Positions 29,976 to 38,703 of a stretch of 64,000 bases of DNA are shown piece after piece. The DNA comes from an uncultured Acidobacteriota bacterium (lineage in GTDB: Bacteria; Acidobacteriota; Thermoanaerobaculia; Gp7-AA8): contig CAWGHO010000003.1 in assembly GCA_963822445.1 (NCBI GenBank), forward strand, positions 192,001 through 256,000. The letters are read 5' to 3'. Position 1 is the first letter of the stretch, and the number at the start of each line of letters is the position of its first letter. The notes below the pieces were generated by a model. The model was not told where the DNA came from. It did not search any database and saw only the letters and a list, made by a program, of their open reading frames with translations. A program made the translations under genes and the position numbers.

Positions 29976-32900
29976 TCATGGTCGATGATTCGCGGCCCCC
30001 AGCACCGCGAAAGCTGCCCAGCGACGGATCTCCCGATTACCGCCGAGTGCTTCGAGTTGTGCGGCGCGAAGTGCTTCAGATGGCGCTACACCCCGCGACA
30101 GGTGTTTGTGAAGTGCGGTGACCAACGGGGCAGCTTCCCGGTCATCGATGTCCCAGAGTGTGCCGATGACCGCTGAGGCGCCGGCTACGAGGAATGCACG
30201 CGAGAGGCTCGATACACCCTCCACCGCGGCGTTGCGGCCGGTCATGGTGCTACATGCAGCCAGGACGACCCAGGGATGACGGCTCAACTTCAATTGTGCG
30301 ATCTGCCGTGAGGTCACGGTGTCGCCCGATGCGCAGATCAGGGCGGAGCGAGCCGGCTCGTGCTTATCGACGACTGCGTGGCCGGCGAAGTAAATGACCT
30401 GATGACTGGCTGCCATTGCGGTAAAGCGGGCCGCCGTCGCTTCTTTGCCAGCGAGAAGATCTGATCGTTGGTAATTGCGCGCCGCTTCGCGCGCTTCGGC
30501 CTCCGCAACATGTAGGGACGGGTAACGCTCGCCCGCGAGCGGATTCGCGTAGATGAGGGCCGACGCAGGTCGATAATTACCGCCGGCCGACAGGCGATCG
30601 ACAATTGCGGCGAAAATAGAGGCGCTCGGCGCCGTCGCGAGGGTGACCCGCTCGATCAGATACGCGCCTGACCTCGGATCGAGTAAAGCGGCAAACGGTA
30701 CGCGTTGCAGGACGTCGTCAGCAACGATCGTCACCGCGCGCACACCCGACAGTTCCGCTCGGATCGGTTCGATCACCAGTTCGTGCAGCTCCACAGACGC
30801 CGCGCGAGCGACGTGATCATCGCGACGTTCGGACAGAGCGTCGACGAACCTCAGTGCCGTTTGCGCAACGCGGTCGCGCGAAGCCAGCACGATGCGGTGA
30901 TTGAGGTGATCCTGCGTGATCACGAAGATGACTAACCGGTCCGTGAGAGCTACGTACTCGAGCAGTACCGCACCGGGCGCGAGACGACGCTGCACCTCAG
31001 CCAGCGGAGCGATTGGAGGCGCATCGGCATCTTCGATCTGCTCGAGCGCCGTCCGGGCGCGGCCCCGCTCGACGTACGCGAGCGCCGTCGCTGGATCGTT
31101 CCGGTGCAGGTGGAGCGCCACGGCCTCCTCGAACAGATCCGATGCGTCGTCGAAAATGCCTGGACGGATCTCGGCATCGCGGATGGTTGTCCGTTGCCGC
31201 TCGAGCTCACGGATGCCCTCGTCGAAGTCGTGGTGCGCCGCTTCCAACGCGCCCGAAGCGAGGTGAATGCGACCTCTGGCGAGGTGTAGCTCCGGAAGGA
31301 GGATTGGCCGCGACGCATGCTTCTGATACGCGATCGCCGAGGTGAGGAGAGTAGCCGAGCGCCGTGGGTTTATCCGCCGGAGGATCATGCCCTCCACGGC
31401 ATCGATGTCTGACAAGAGCGTGTAGCGCAAGTGGTTCGCAGCGATTCGCACGGCCGAAGCGCGCGCACGAAGAAGCGCCTCTGCTGCCAGCCTCCGGTTC
31501 CCGAGATGTGACTCCGCCGTCGCGTCACGCAGGAATAGGTCGGCGTCCAAGCCGTCGTCCTTCTGCACGTGAATGAGCGCCGCCTCGAGACGCTGAACGG
31601 CGCGTGCCCACGTCCAGCGGTGACCTCTTAACTCGGTGCGCGAAAGTGCAGCGAGGATCACTCGTACGCGATCGAGATCTCCCGCAGCGGACGCATTTCG
31701 AAGCGCGGAGAAGCAGTGGCGCCTCGCCGTCGCCGCCTGACCGACGAAGTCGTAATCCTCGCAGAGGATTGCTTCAGCCGCAGCGACGTTTCCGCGCTCG
31801 CCGAGGGAGCGGGAGATGACCACAGATTCAGCAGCCGCGTCGAGAGATGCGGACCAATGTCCCTGCACTGCCTCGGCCAGCGCAATCTCGAGTTGAATAC
31901 GTGCCATTAATGCCTTATGTGTCCCGCCGGCTCGCCGTTCGTCTGCGAGAAGCCGCCTCTGAATCTCGAGGGCCTCGTTGGGGCGACCCATCTTCAGCGT
32001 TGCCGCCGCGGCGAAATGGCGTGCCCACGCGGCCATCGGACTTCCGGCACCGGCAAACGAGCGTTCCGCCCTGCGAAGCAATCGTTCTGCTTCAACCGCA
32101 TCGTGGCGTGCATAGGCGAGCCGGCCCTCCTTGTAATCGAGATGACCGCGCACCAGAAGGTCGCGACTCGAGGAGCGATCGATGGCCTCGACGGCGTCGG
32201 CGACCATCGAGTCGCCGCGGTCACGCAGGACCCCGCCAATTACCCGAGCGCGGTCTATCAGCTGTTGCGCCGCTTCATGATCGCCGTTCGCGGTGCGGTC
32301 CGCCCAGAATGAGAGATACGGCCCTTCGGCGAAGGCGCGGGCCTGCTGCGGCAAGTCGCGCGTCAACGTGCGGAGCTGAGCAGGCGTGACCTCATCGATG
32401 TTGGCCGTCGAGTTTTGCCATGCCTGCCGGTCTGGGATGAATTGCGCCGAAAGATGCGTGCGTACGATGGAGCTCCAGGGGGAGATGGCGTCCGCGGCAA
32501 GTGCTCTCTTCCAGGGTCCTCGCGCGATCACGAAAACGCCGAACGCCTCCACGATCTTGGCTCGATTGAACGCCGCTTCCGCGTGCAGCGGCTGCAGCGC
32601 GAGTGCCCGGTCGGCGGCGTCGAGAGCAGCGAGCCGGTCGGATTCGACATCGCTCTGATCGGCGATCACCGCGTGCGCGGCGGCGAGGTCATTCCATGTC
32701 GAAGCATCTCGGGAGCTCTCGGGGATCGATTTCAATGCCGTTACTGCGTTCGCCGGTTCGCCAGCGAGAAGGTGCGCCGTCGCTGCTGCTTGTAAGGCTT
32801 CCTTGCCAGCCGCGTCACGCGACAGCCGAAGCAATTCGCTTGCGACACCAAGTCGATTATGGGACCGCGCCGACCGTGAGACAGCCGCTGCCGCGGCACC

Positions 32901-33083
32901 CGCCGGCCGCGTCAAGCGCAGGCCAAGAACCTTCGGATCATCCGCTGCATGACGCGCACGGGCCAACGCGATGGCGAAGTGGGCGCGATCCAGCGTGGCG
33001 CCCATCTTCGGCCAGGCGAAAGATCCAACAGCTACCGCGACCGCGACACCGATCGCGGCGAGATGCCCTGGTCGTAATCGCAT
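29976..33083 (-). CDS. TPR-CHAT domain protein (caspase-clan protease) with N-terminal membrane anchor
   Basis: TPR-like helices. CHAT motifs LQRVPFAAL, YFAGHA (His), VVLAACST (Cys), SLSRAFLVAGASAVIGTLW.IDD, ALRAAQL, WAAF. Confidence 0.9.
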   Translation of the reverse strand: MRLRPGHLAAIGVAVAVAVGSFAWPKMGATLDRAHFAIALARARHAADDPKVLGLRLTRPAGAAAAAVSRSARSHNRLGVASELLRLSRDAAGKEALQAAATAHLLAGEPANAVTALKSIPESSRDASTWNDLAAAHAVIADQSDVESDRLAALDAADRALALQPLHAEAAFNRAKIVEAFGVFVIARGPWKRALAADAISPWSSIVRTHLSAQFIPDRQAWQNSTANIDEVTPAQLRTLTRDLPQQARAFAEGPYLSFWADRTANGDHEAAQQLIDRARVIGGVLRDRGDSMVADAVEAIDRSSSRDLLVRGHLDYKEGRLAYARHDAVEAERLLRRAERSFAGAGSPMAAWARHFAAAATLKMGRPNEALEIQRRLLADERRAGGTHKALMARIQLEIALAEAVQGHWSASLDAAAESVVISRSLGERGNVAAAEAILCEDYDFVGQAATARRHCFSALRNASAAGDLDRVRVILAALSRTELRGHRWTWARAVQRLEAALIHVQKDDGLDADLFLRDATAESHLGNRRLAAEALLRARASAVRIAANHLRYTLLSDIDAVEGMILRRINPRRSATLLTSAIAYQKHASRPILLPELHLARGRIHLASGALEAAHHDFDEGIRELERQRTTIRDAEIRPGIFDDASDLFEEAVALHLHRNDPATALAYVERGRARTALEQIEDADAPPIAPLAEVQRRLAPGAVLLEYVALTDRLVIFVITQDHLNHRIVLASRDRVAQTALRFVDALSERRDDHVARAASVELHELVIEPIRAELSGVRAVTIVADDVLQRVPFAALLDPRSGAYLIERVTLATAPSASIFAAIVDRLSAGGNYRPASALIYANPLAGERYPSLHVAEAEAREAARNYQRSDLLAGKEATAARFTAMAASHQVIYFAGHAVVDKHEPARSALICASGDTVTSRQIAQLKLSRHPWVVLAACSTMTGRNAAVEGVSSLSRAFLVAGASAVIGTLWDIDDREAAPLVTALHKHLSRGVAPSEALRAAQLEALGGNREIRRWAAFAVLGAANHRP

Positions 33084-33120
33084 CCCTGGTCTCGTTTGCG
33101 GAATGCCGGAAGATTAGCGC

Positions 33121-33151
33121 AAAACGAAGGAGGGCCGGCAAGCGGCCCTCC
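33121..33151 (-). terminator. Intrinsic terminator between the metacaspase and CHAT genes
   Basis: Perfect 9-bp stem GGAGGGCCG/CGGCCCTCC with 5-nt loop, followed on the minus strand by TTCGTTTT. Confidence 0.7.
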
Positions 33152-33160
33152 ATGAGCATG

Positions 33161-34810
33161 CTAGGGCCATCCGGCGGGTGAACAGAAGTTCACCGGAACG
33201 GAGACGATCCATGGCAAGGGCGGGTCGCTTGGAACCGTCGATGGTCTTGCGAGCAAGTAGAACAGCGGGAAATGTTCGCGCGGGTTTTCGGAGGAAAGCG
33301 GATCCTGGAGTATGTCCTGTTCCCGCGCGTTTCCGATGAGCACCGAAGCGTATGGCTTGAGATAAATCATGGTCTCTTCCGATCCTTTGGTGATCCGGAT
33401 CGTCGCGGCAGCCGTCGTGAGTGGTAGACGCAGCTCTGCGTACTCTGCGGTGCGGCGATGCCATGTGCCCGGAACGCCGGCTTTGTTGGTAAACATGACG
33501 ATCTTCTGATCGATCGTTCCGGCGTCGAGGATGCCCGCATACAGATCGACGTGTGCCGCGACGATGGCCTCCGGCGGAGGGTCGAGATAACAAGTCGCGT
33601 CGGGTAACGGGTCGAGCGACGGCAGAATGTCCTTTTGCATGCCGGGAACGTAACGCTCGTAGGCCGCCGTCGTCGCTAGGCCGCCGGTCACGTCGACATT
33701 CAGGAACTCGATCCGATGACCCTGAAGATGCCAGCGCAGAAAATCGATTCCGCCACCAACGTGCGGTTTCGCGATCGGGTCGACGCCCGTCCATTGTTCA
33801 ACCTGATCCTCGCCGAACTCGATGAACGCGATGTGTTTTTTGTCGACGTCGGAACGCGAGTCGTATGGCAGGAGAACCCGCTTCGCGAAGGTACTGCCGG
33901 AGTTCGGGTCCGCGAAGCAGGTGATGCCCGTGAACCTCACTGCAATCGATGCTGCAGCGAGCCGCGCCGTTGCCGTCTTGGCGATCTCTGTTGCAACGTC
34001 AGATTCAGAGAGGGTAGGAGCGTCAGTTGGCTCGCCGGGAAAGAACTCGTCCGCGCCCGAGAGATCTCCGCGAAGTTCCGGCGTCTGCGGAATTCCCTTC
34101 AGCAAGGGCTGGATGCCGGCCAGCAGATCCCTGAACGTACCATCGTAGATCCGCAGCCAGTCCAGGGCTCGCGAGCTGAAGAGGGCGCGCGGCTCTCCGT
34201 CGATCTCGAGCTGAACGGCCTGCTCCTTGCGCCCGCAGGCGGCGACGATCAGCGGACCACCAATCGCGGCTTCTCCTCTGCCGAGCGATCCGAACGCGCG
34301 AACGTTCGTCAGATCGAGTGCGCCATCGATGGTCGATTGGATGAAAAGCCGTTTCGCACCCGGTGGAAGGTCGATATCGAAACCGCCCGAGAAGCACGTT
34401 TCGAGAATCAACGTCGTATCGGCATCCTCCGGAAGATGTGCGTCGCGAAACATCGCAGCGAGGTCGCTGTCCGTGATCACGGAGTCCCGTGGCGTGCTGC
34501 CGGGATGCGGAAATGCGCAGAATGCTTCCTCGAGGGTGTAGCCGGTGGACGTTTTGACCGCCGTCACCGTGCCGTGGCCCGAGAGGACAAGCATGAGTTG
34601 ATAGTTGTCTTCTGCTCCCTTCAACAAGCGTTCGACCTCTCTGCGGATGTCTTTCACCGTAGCGTCCTTGTCGGTGAGGAGCTCGGTTGCATAGCCGTAC
34701 TTTTCCCTCAGGAGTTTCTCCCAGCGCCGCGCTTCCGGAACCGCTGCTTCGAGGTCCGCGGCGTATCCGCGGTAGTTCCCCACGCCTACGATCAAGGCTT
34801 TTTTCTCCAT
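33161..34810 (-). CDS. Metacaspase (peptidase C14) fused to an uncharacterised C-terminal domain
   Basis: KKALIVGVGNY, LLTDKDAT, LSGHG (His), LETCFSGG (Cys), AACGRKEQA, QTPEL. RBS AAGGAG before ATG 34810. Confidence 0.85.
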   Translation of the reverse strand: MEKKALIVGVGNYRGYAADLEAAVPEARRWEKLLREKYGYATELLTDKDATVKDIRREVERLLKGAEDNYQLMLVLSGHGTVTAVKTSTGYTLEEAFCAFPHPGSTPRDSVITDSDLAAMFRDAHLPEDADTTLILETCFSGGFDIDLPPGAKRLFIQSTIDGALDLTNVRAFGSLGRGEAAIGGPLIVAACGRKEQAVQLEIDGEPRALFSSRALDWLRIYDGTFRDLLAGIQPLLKGIPQTPELRGDLSGADEFFPGEPTDAPTLSESDVATEIAKTATARLAAASIAVRFTGITCFADPNSGSTFAKRVLLPYDSRSDVDKKHIAFIEFGEDQVEQWTGVDPIAKPHVGGGIDFLRWHLQGHRIEFLNVDVTGGLATTAAYERYVPGMQKDILPSLDPLPDATCYLDPPPEAIVAAHVDLYAGILDAGTIDQKIVMFTNKAGVPGTWHRRTAEYAELRLPLTTAAATIRITKGSEETMIYLKPYASVLIGNAREQDILQDPLSSENPREHFPLFYLLARPSTVPSDPPLPWIVSVPVNFCSPAGWP

Positions 34811-34886
34811 CTCGTTCTCCTTCTGCTGGTCTGCGAATGTCTCGATCCCCAGCTGAATGTCGAAGACGGACGGGCAGGAAAATTTC

Positions 34887-35708
34887 TCAGCGAATGTGTT
34901 CGAGAATTTCGATCCGCTGCCTGATTTCGCTGGTCCATGCGGATCGGGGAGCGGAAGCAAGCGCGCGACGGTAGGCCTCGCCCGCCGAATGGCGTTGCCG
35001 AAGATGCTCGAGAGCAACGCCGCGGTTGAAGGCAGCAGATGAAAGATCGGGGGCGAGGGCAAGCGCGCGGTCCGCGGCGGCGACGGCCTGTTGATAGGCA
35101 TACGGATCGCCAGACGCAGCGCCGGCAGCCACGTACGCCACAGCCAGGTCGTTCCAGTAAGCGGCACGTTCGGGGGAGGAGCGCGCGGCGTGGACGAAGT
35201 TGGCGATCGCTTTCGGGGTGTCGCCGAGGAGTAGAAAGGCCACTCCGCGGGCGTGCACGGTAGCTGGATGGTCACCGCGCAACCGACTGGTCTCCTCGGC
35301 CGCTGCGCGGAGCTCGAGCTCCGGCCCCGAAGCCTTTTGCGAGCGGATTGAATTGAACGGCTTCCACGCGAAGCCGTGGAGATTTCCTTCCACGTGCCGA
35401 TTATCGGCCACCACGGCCGCGTCTCGGACTTGCGCCAGAGGATCCGAGGTCCCTGCACGCCAGAGAACGAGCGAGATTGCGATGGCTGTCAGCGCGGCGG
35501 CGACGGCTGATCGGCGCCACCCCCACGCCGGCCTCTGCTTTTCGCTCTCGCCGAGGAACCTGATCGTCTCGCCGATTACGATTGCGCATTCCGAGCAATT
35601 GGCCGCATGCCGTACGACGTCGGAATGGTGTTCCGCATCGAGGAAACCCTCCGCGAACTCGGCCAGGAGTGCCGGATCGGGGCAGCCGCGCACCGGTCTT
35701 TCGGTCAC
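34887..35708 (-). CDS. zf-HC2 anti-sigma factor with TM helix and TPR domain
   Basis: CPD..LAEFAEG.L..HAANCSEC (HxxxCxxC), a TM helix, TPR-like WNDLAVAY..AAFNRG. Overlaps the sigma gene stop. Confidence 0.85.
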   Translation of the reverse strand: MTERPVRGCPDPALLAEFAEGFLDAEHHSDVVRHAANCSECAIVIGETIRFLGESEKQRPAWGWRRSAVAAALTAIAISLVLWRAGTSDPLAQVRDAAVVADNRHVEGNLHGFAWKPFNSIRSQKASGPELELRAAAEETSRLRGDHPATVHARGVAFLLLGDTPKAIANFVHAARSSPERAAYWNDLAVAYVAAGAASGDPYAYQQAVAAADRALALAPDLSSAAFNRGVALEHLRQRHSAGEAYRRALASAPRSAWTSEIRQRIEILEHIR

Positions 35709-36583
35709 TCTCGTTCCTCTCTCTCTGCCTGGTTCTTGTCCGTGGACAGAAATCCGAAGTCCAGATCACGGTGCCGGCTCGCCAGGACGCTGGCCGCGTC
35801 CGCCGCCGTGATGCCCGCTGCTTCGAGACGAGCGCGAAGCAGGACCAGCATCCGCTGCAGCTGCCGGTAGAGAGGCTTCTGTTCGATTCGCAGCGTTCGC
35901 GAGATGTCCGCCACGCTCATTCCTCCTTCGAAGCGTAGACGGAAGATGAGTCGATCCATGTCACGGAGGTCGCGCATCGTCGCACGAACGATGTCCTCGA
36001 TCCGGCTGGACACGTCACGCCAATATGAAGCGAATACCACTTCGTCGACACGATCATCGGCGGCGATTGCGTCGCGGGCATAGTCGATGTCGACCGGTCT
36101 GGGACGCGCCGTCCGGGTGGGAAGCTTCGTGGAGATTGTTTCTACACGCTGCCGTGTGAGATCAGGCCAGCGGCGGGTGAGAGACGGAAGAATTTCGTCG
36201 ATCGTTCGCCCATCACGGAACAGCAGAGCCTCGATGGTGATCGCCGGTTCTCCAAGGCGCCGAGCCGTTGCCGACGCATGCCACTTTCCCCACTGAGAGA
36301 TCCGATAATCGAGCAGCAACCGCTGCACGACGATGGAGATGAACGCCGCGAACGTCGATCGCCGCTGATATTTGCGGATGATGGCATAGCTGTCGTCGAT
36401 GAGTCTCAGTTTCACGTACGACGCGAAATCGTCAGCGTCGTGGGGTTGCATTCGGCCGCGACGGCACGCAAAGCGGATGGCGCGATCGATCGTCGAGAGC
36501 TCCCGGACAAACAGTGATTCCGGCTGTGTGCCGTCGGCGTCCGAGCACGCGTTGCCACCGTCGTTGTCCCGTTGCGACCCCAC
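35705..36583 (-). CDS. ECF-type sigma-70 factor with insertion between regions 2 and 4
   Basis: Region 2-like DADDFASYVKLRL..STFAAFISIVV.RLLLDY and region 4 DRLIFRLRFEGGMSVADISRTL..LYRQL. Confidence 0.85.
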   Translation of the reverse strand: MGSQRDNDGGNACSDADGTQPESLFVRELSTIDRAIRFACRRGRMQPHDADDFASYVKLRLIDDSYAIIRKYQRRSTFAAFISIVVQRLLLDYRISQWGKWHASATARRLGEPAITIEALLFRDGRTIDEILPSLTRRWPDLTRQRVETISTKLPTRTARPRPVDIDYARDAIAADDRVDEVVFASYWRDVSSRIEDIVRATMRDLRDMDRLIFRLRFEGGMSVADISRTLRIEQKPLYRQLQRMLVLLRARLEAAGITAADAASVLASRHRDLDFGFLSTDKNQAEREERE

Positions 36584-36709
36584 TCATCAAAGGAGTGCCG
36601 TTGCGCCAGCGATCCACACCCCAACGTGGCTGGATGCCAGCACGATATCCACAGCAACGTCCGGCAGTGCTTTCCGCTTTGCTGCATAATCGCCGAGGAG
36701 GAAATCCAT

Positions 36710-36964
36710 ATGGCGTTGAAAGTGAACGCGGCCCAGCTCAGTCTCGAAGGTCTCCTGAAACTTCTCGGTGGATCCGCCAGCGATCGTCTGCGGTTCTGGG
36801 AAATCCTCAAGGGGATCACCACGCCCGCCGAAGCGCAGCTGATCAATCAGAACCTCAACACCATCAACGTCCTCGCGAAACAGACCGCGGCGAACCTCAA
36901 AGGTCTTCAGACCACCGCCGGCCAGATCAACAAGAGAATTGCCAAAGGGAAGAACGTCCGCTGA
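36710..36964 (+). CDS. 84-aa small protein, candidate YcaO substrate/precursor peptide
   Basis: Strong RBS GAGGAGG before ATG 36710. Ends 7 nt before the inferred YcaO start. Sequence MALKVNAAQLSLEGLLKLLGG...KGKNVR. Confidence 0.75.
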   Translation: MALKVNAAQLSLEGLLKLLGGSASDRLRFWEILKGITTPAEAQLINQNLNTINVLAKQTAANLKGLQTTAGQINKRIAKGKNVR

Positions 36965-36971
36965 CAGAGCG

Positions 36972-38678
36972 GTGGAAATCGATCTGAAGAAGGCGTTCGG
37001 CGCATCCCGCCGGACGCCTTCTGATTTTGCGGCCGCATTTTTCGAGGCCGGCGACGACCGCCGGCGCTGTGCGTTCGAGTCGCAAACGCATCGAGACGGC
37101 GTCTCCTCGCTGATCGCTTCAGCGGATGCCGATCGGGCGCTGATCGGGCCGCTCTCGCTCCCCGGAAGAGCGGGCTGCGCGCACTGCGCCCACGAGCGGA
37201 TCCGGGCGGCGGCGGCAGTCCATGACCCGCGCCGCCCGGCCACGCAACGCGCTCGTGCGGTGGCGCGGCGCGTGATGGAGCGCGAGGCTCAGGCGATCGC
37301 GGATGGCGGCACGGCGCTGCTCGATCACGTGCTCGCGGTCGATGTGCGCACGGGCGCGGAGTCGCTGCATCGCGTCATTCCGCTTTCGCGATGCCCGGTG
37401 TGCGGCGGCGCCGCGGATGCTCCCCTGATTGCTTCAGCGGCCGAGTCGCTCGACGGCTGGGTCGATCCGGTGACGGGCGTCATCAGCGCGATTCACCTCG
37501 ATCCCGAGACCGAACTGCCGTTCATCGTCACCGCGGCGCCTCCGCATGTCGTGCGGAACGATGGGACGCTGCAGCAATTGCCGATCGGATGGGGCAAGGG
37601 CCTCACCCTTCCCGACGCGGTGCTGTCGGCGGTGGGGGAGACGATCGAGCGGTACTCGGCGTCGTTCCCCGATGAATCACGCATTGTCTGGCGCCGGCCG
37701 CGCGATCTCGAAGGCGACGTTCTCGATCCGCGCGACTTTCCGCTTTACGCCGAACGGCATTACCGGCGGAAGAGCTTCCCGTATGCGCGGTTCAACGCGG
37801 CGATCCGGCATCCCTGGGTGCAGGGCACGTGGCTCGCCGGCGGCGGCGAGGTCTGGGTGCCGGCGGTGTTCGCGTTCCTCTCGCTGAAACTGCACGCGGA
37901 ACAGTTGTTCGTGCGGGAGACCTCGAACGGCCTCGCATCGTGGACGGAGCGCGACCCGGCCGCGTTGCGCGCGGTTCTCGAGCTGGTCGAGCGCGACGCG
38001 TTTCTCTCCGCGTGGATGACGGCAACGCCGGGACGCGCGGTCACGCTCGATGACGCGCTCGACCCTCGTCTCCGGCGCGTTTTCGATGCTGTCGAAACCC
38101 TTGGCGCAGCGATCGAGATCTTCACACTTCCCACGAGTGCGTGCGGGACGACGGTGCTGTGCGTCGCTCGCGGAGATGGTGAGCGCTATCCCGGCGCGAC
38201 CATCGCGCTCGCCGCCGATCTCGATCCGGCCGCGGCGCTGCAGGGCGCGATCCTCGAGCTCGGCCAGACCGCGCCTCACCTCCGGCGGATGATGCAAACG
38301 GGGGCAATCGCCATCCCCGCACGCGACACCGGCGTGCACGGGATGCTCGATCACGCCGCGTACTACTTTTCCGCCGATCGCGCGGCGGCGTTCGATTTCC
38401 TGCGCGGCGGCGGATCGATTTCCGTCCGCGCGCTGACAAGCCGCACCCGCCGGCGAACGCTCGCCGCCTGCACCGCCGCGCTCCGAAAAGCGAATGTGCG
38501 TGTCGCGCTCGTCGATGTCACCGCACCCGACGTCGCCACCGGACCGTTCCGGGTGATTCGCGCCGTGAGCCCTGACCTTCAGCCACTCTCGTACGGCTAC
38601 GGATTCGAGCGCCTTCCGGTCGAACGTGTTCGCCGGCGCGGCGTCGCGACAGGCGTACCCGTGCATCCAGTCTGGTAG
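36972..38678 (+). CDS. YcaO-family cyclodehydratase with truncated E1-like/TOMM N-terminal domain
   Basis: IGPL..PGRAGCAHC and HRVIPLSRCPVCG. YcaO ATP motifs GWGKG..SAVGETIERY and TSNGLAS..ELVERDAF. Pro-rich C-terminus PVHPVW. GTG start inferred. Confidence 0.88.
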   Translation: MEIDLKKAFGASRRTPSDFAAAFFEAGDDRRRCAFESQTHRDGVSSLIASADADRALIGPLSLPGRAGCAHCAHERIRAAAAVHDPRRPATQRARAVARRVMEREAQAIADGGTALLDHVLAVDVRTGAESLHRVIPLSRCPVCGGAADAPLIASAAESLDGWVDPVTGVISAIHLDPETELPFIVTAAPPHVVRNDGTLQQLPIGWGKGLTLPDAVLSAVGETIERYSASFPDESRIVWRRPRDLEGDVLDPRDFPLYAERHYRRKSFPYARFNAAIRHPWVQGTWLAGGGEVWVPAVFAFLSLKLHAEQLFVRETSNGLASWTERDPAALRAVLELVERDAFLSAWMTATPGRAVTLDDALDPRLRRVFDAVETLGAAIEIFTLPTSACGTTVLCVARGDGERYPGATIALAADLDPAAALQGAILELGQTAPHLRRMMQTGAIAIPARDTGVHGMLDHAAYYFSADRAAAFDFLRGGGSISVRALTSRTRRRTLAACTAALRKANVRVALVDVTAPDVATGPFRVIRAVSPDLQPLSYGYGFERLPVERVRRRGVATGVPVHPVW

Positions 38679-38703
38679 TGTCAGGCGCGCACGGGAGGGA
38701 ACC

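Noticed and set aside
29976-36583. Type III-E CRISPR (Craspase) locus
   Set aside because: CHAT and sigma genes are present, but there is no Cas7-11, no recognisable Csx30/31 and no array.
36710-36775. Double-glycine leader (LLKLLGG) in the small peptide
   Set aside because: Only a loose match, and no C39 peptidase transporter is present in the window. Not supportable.
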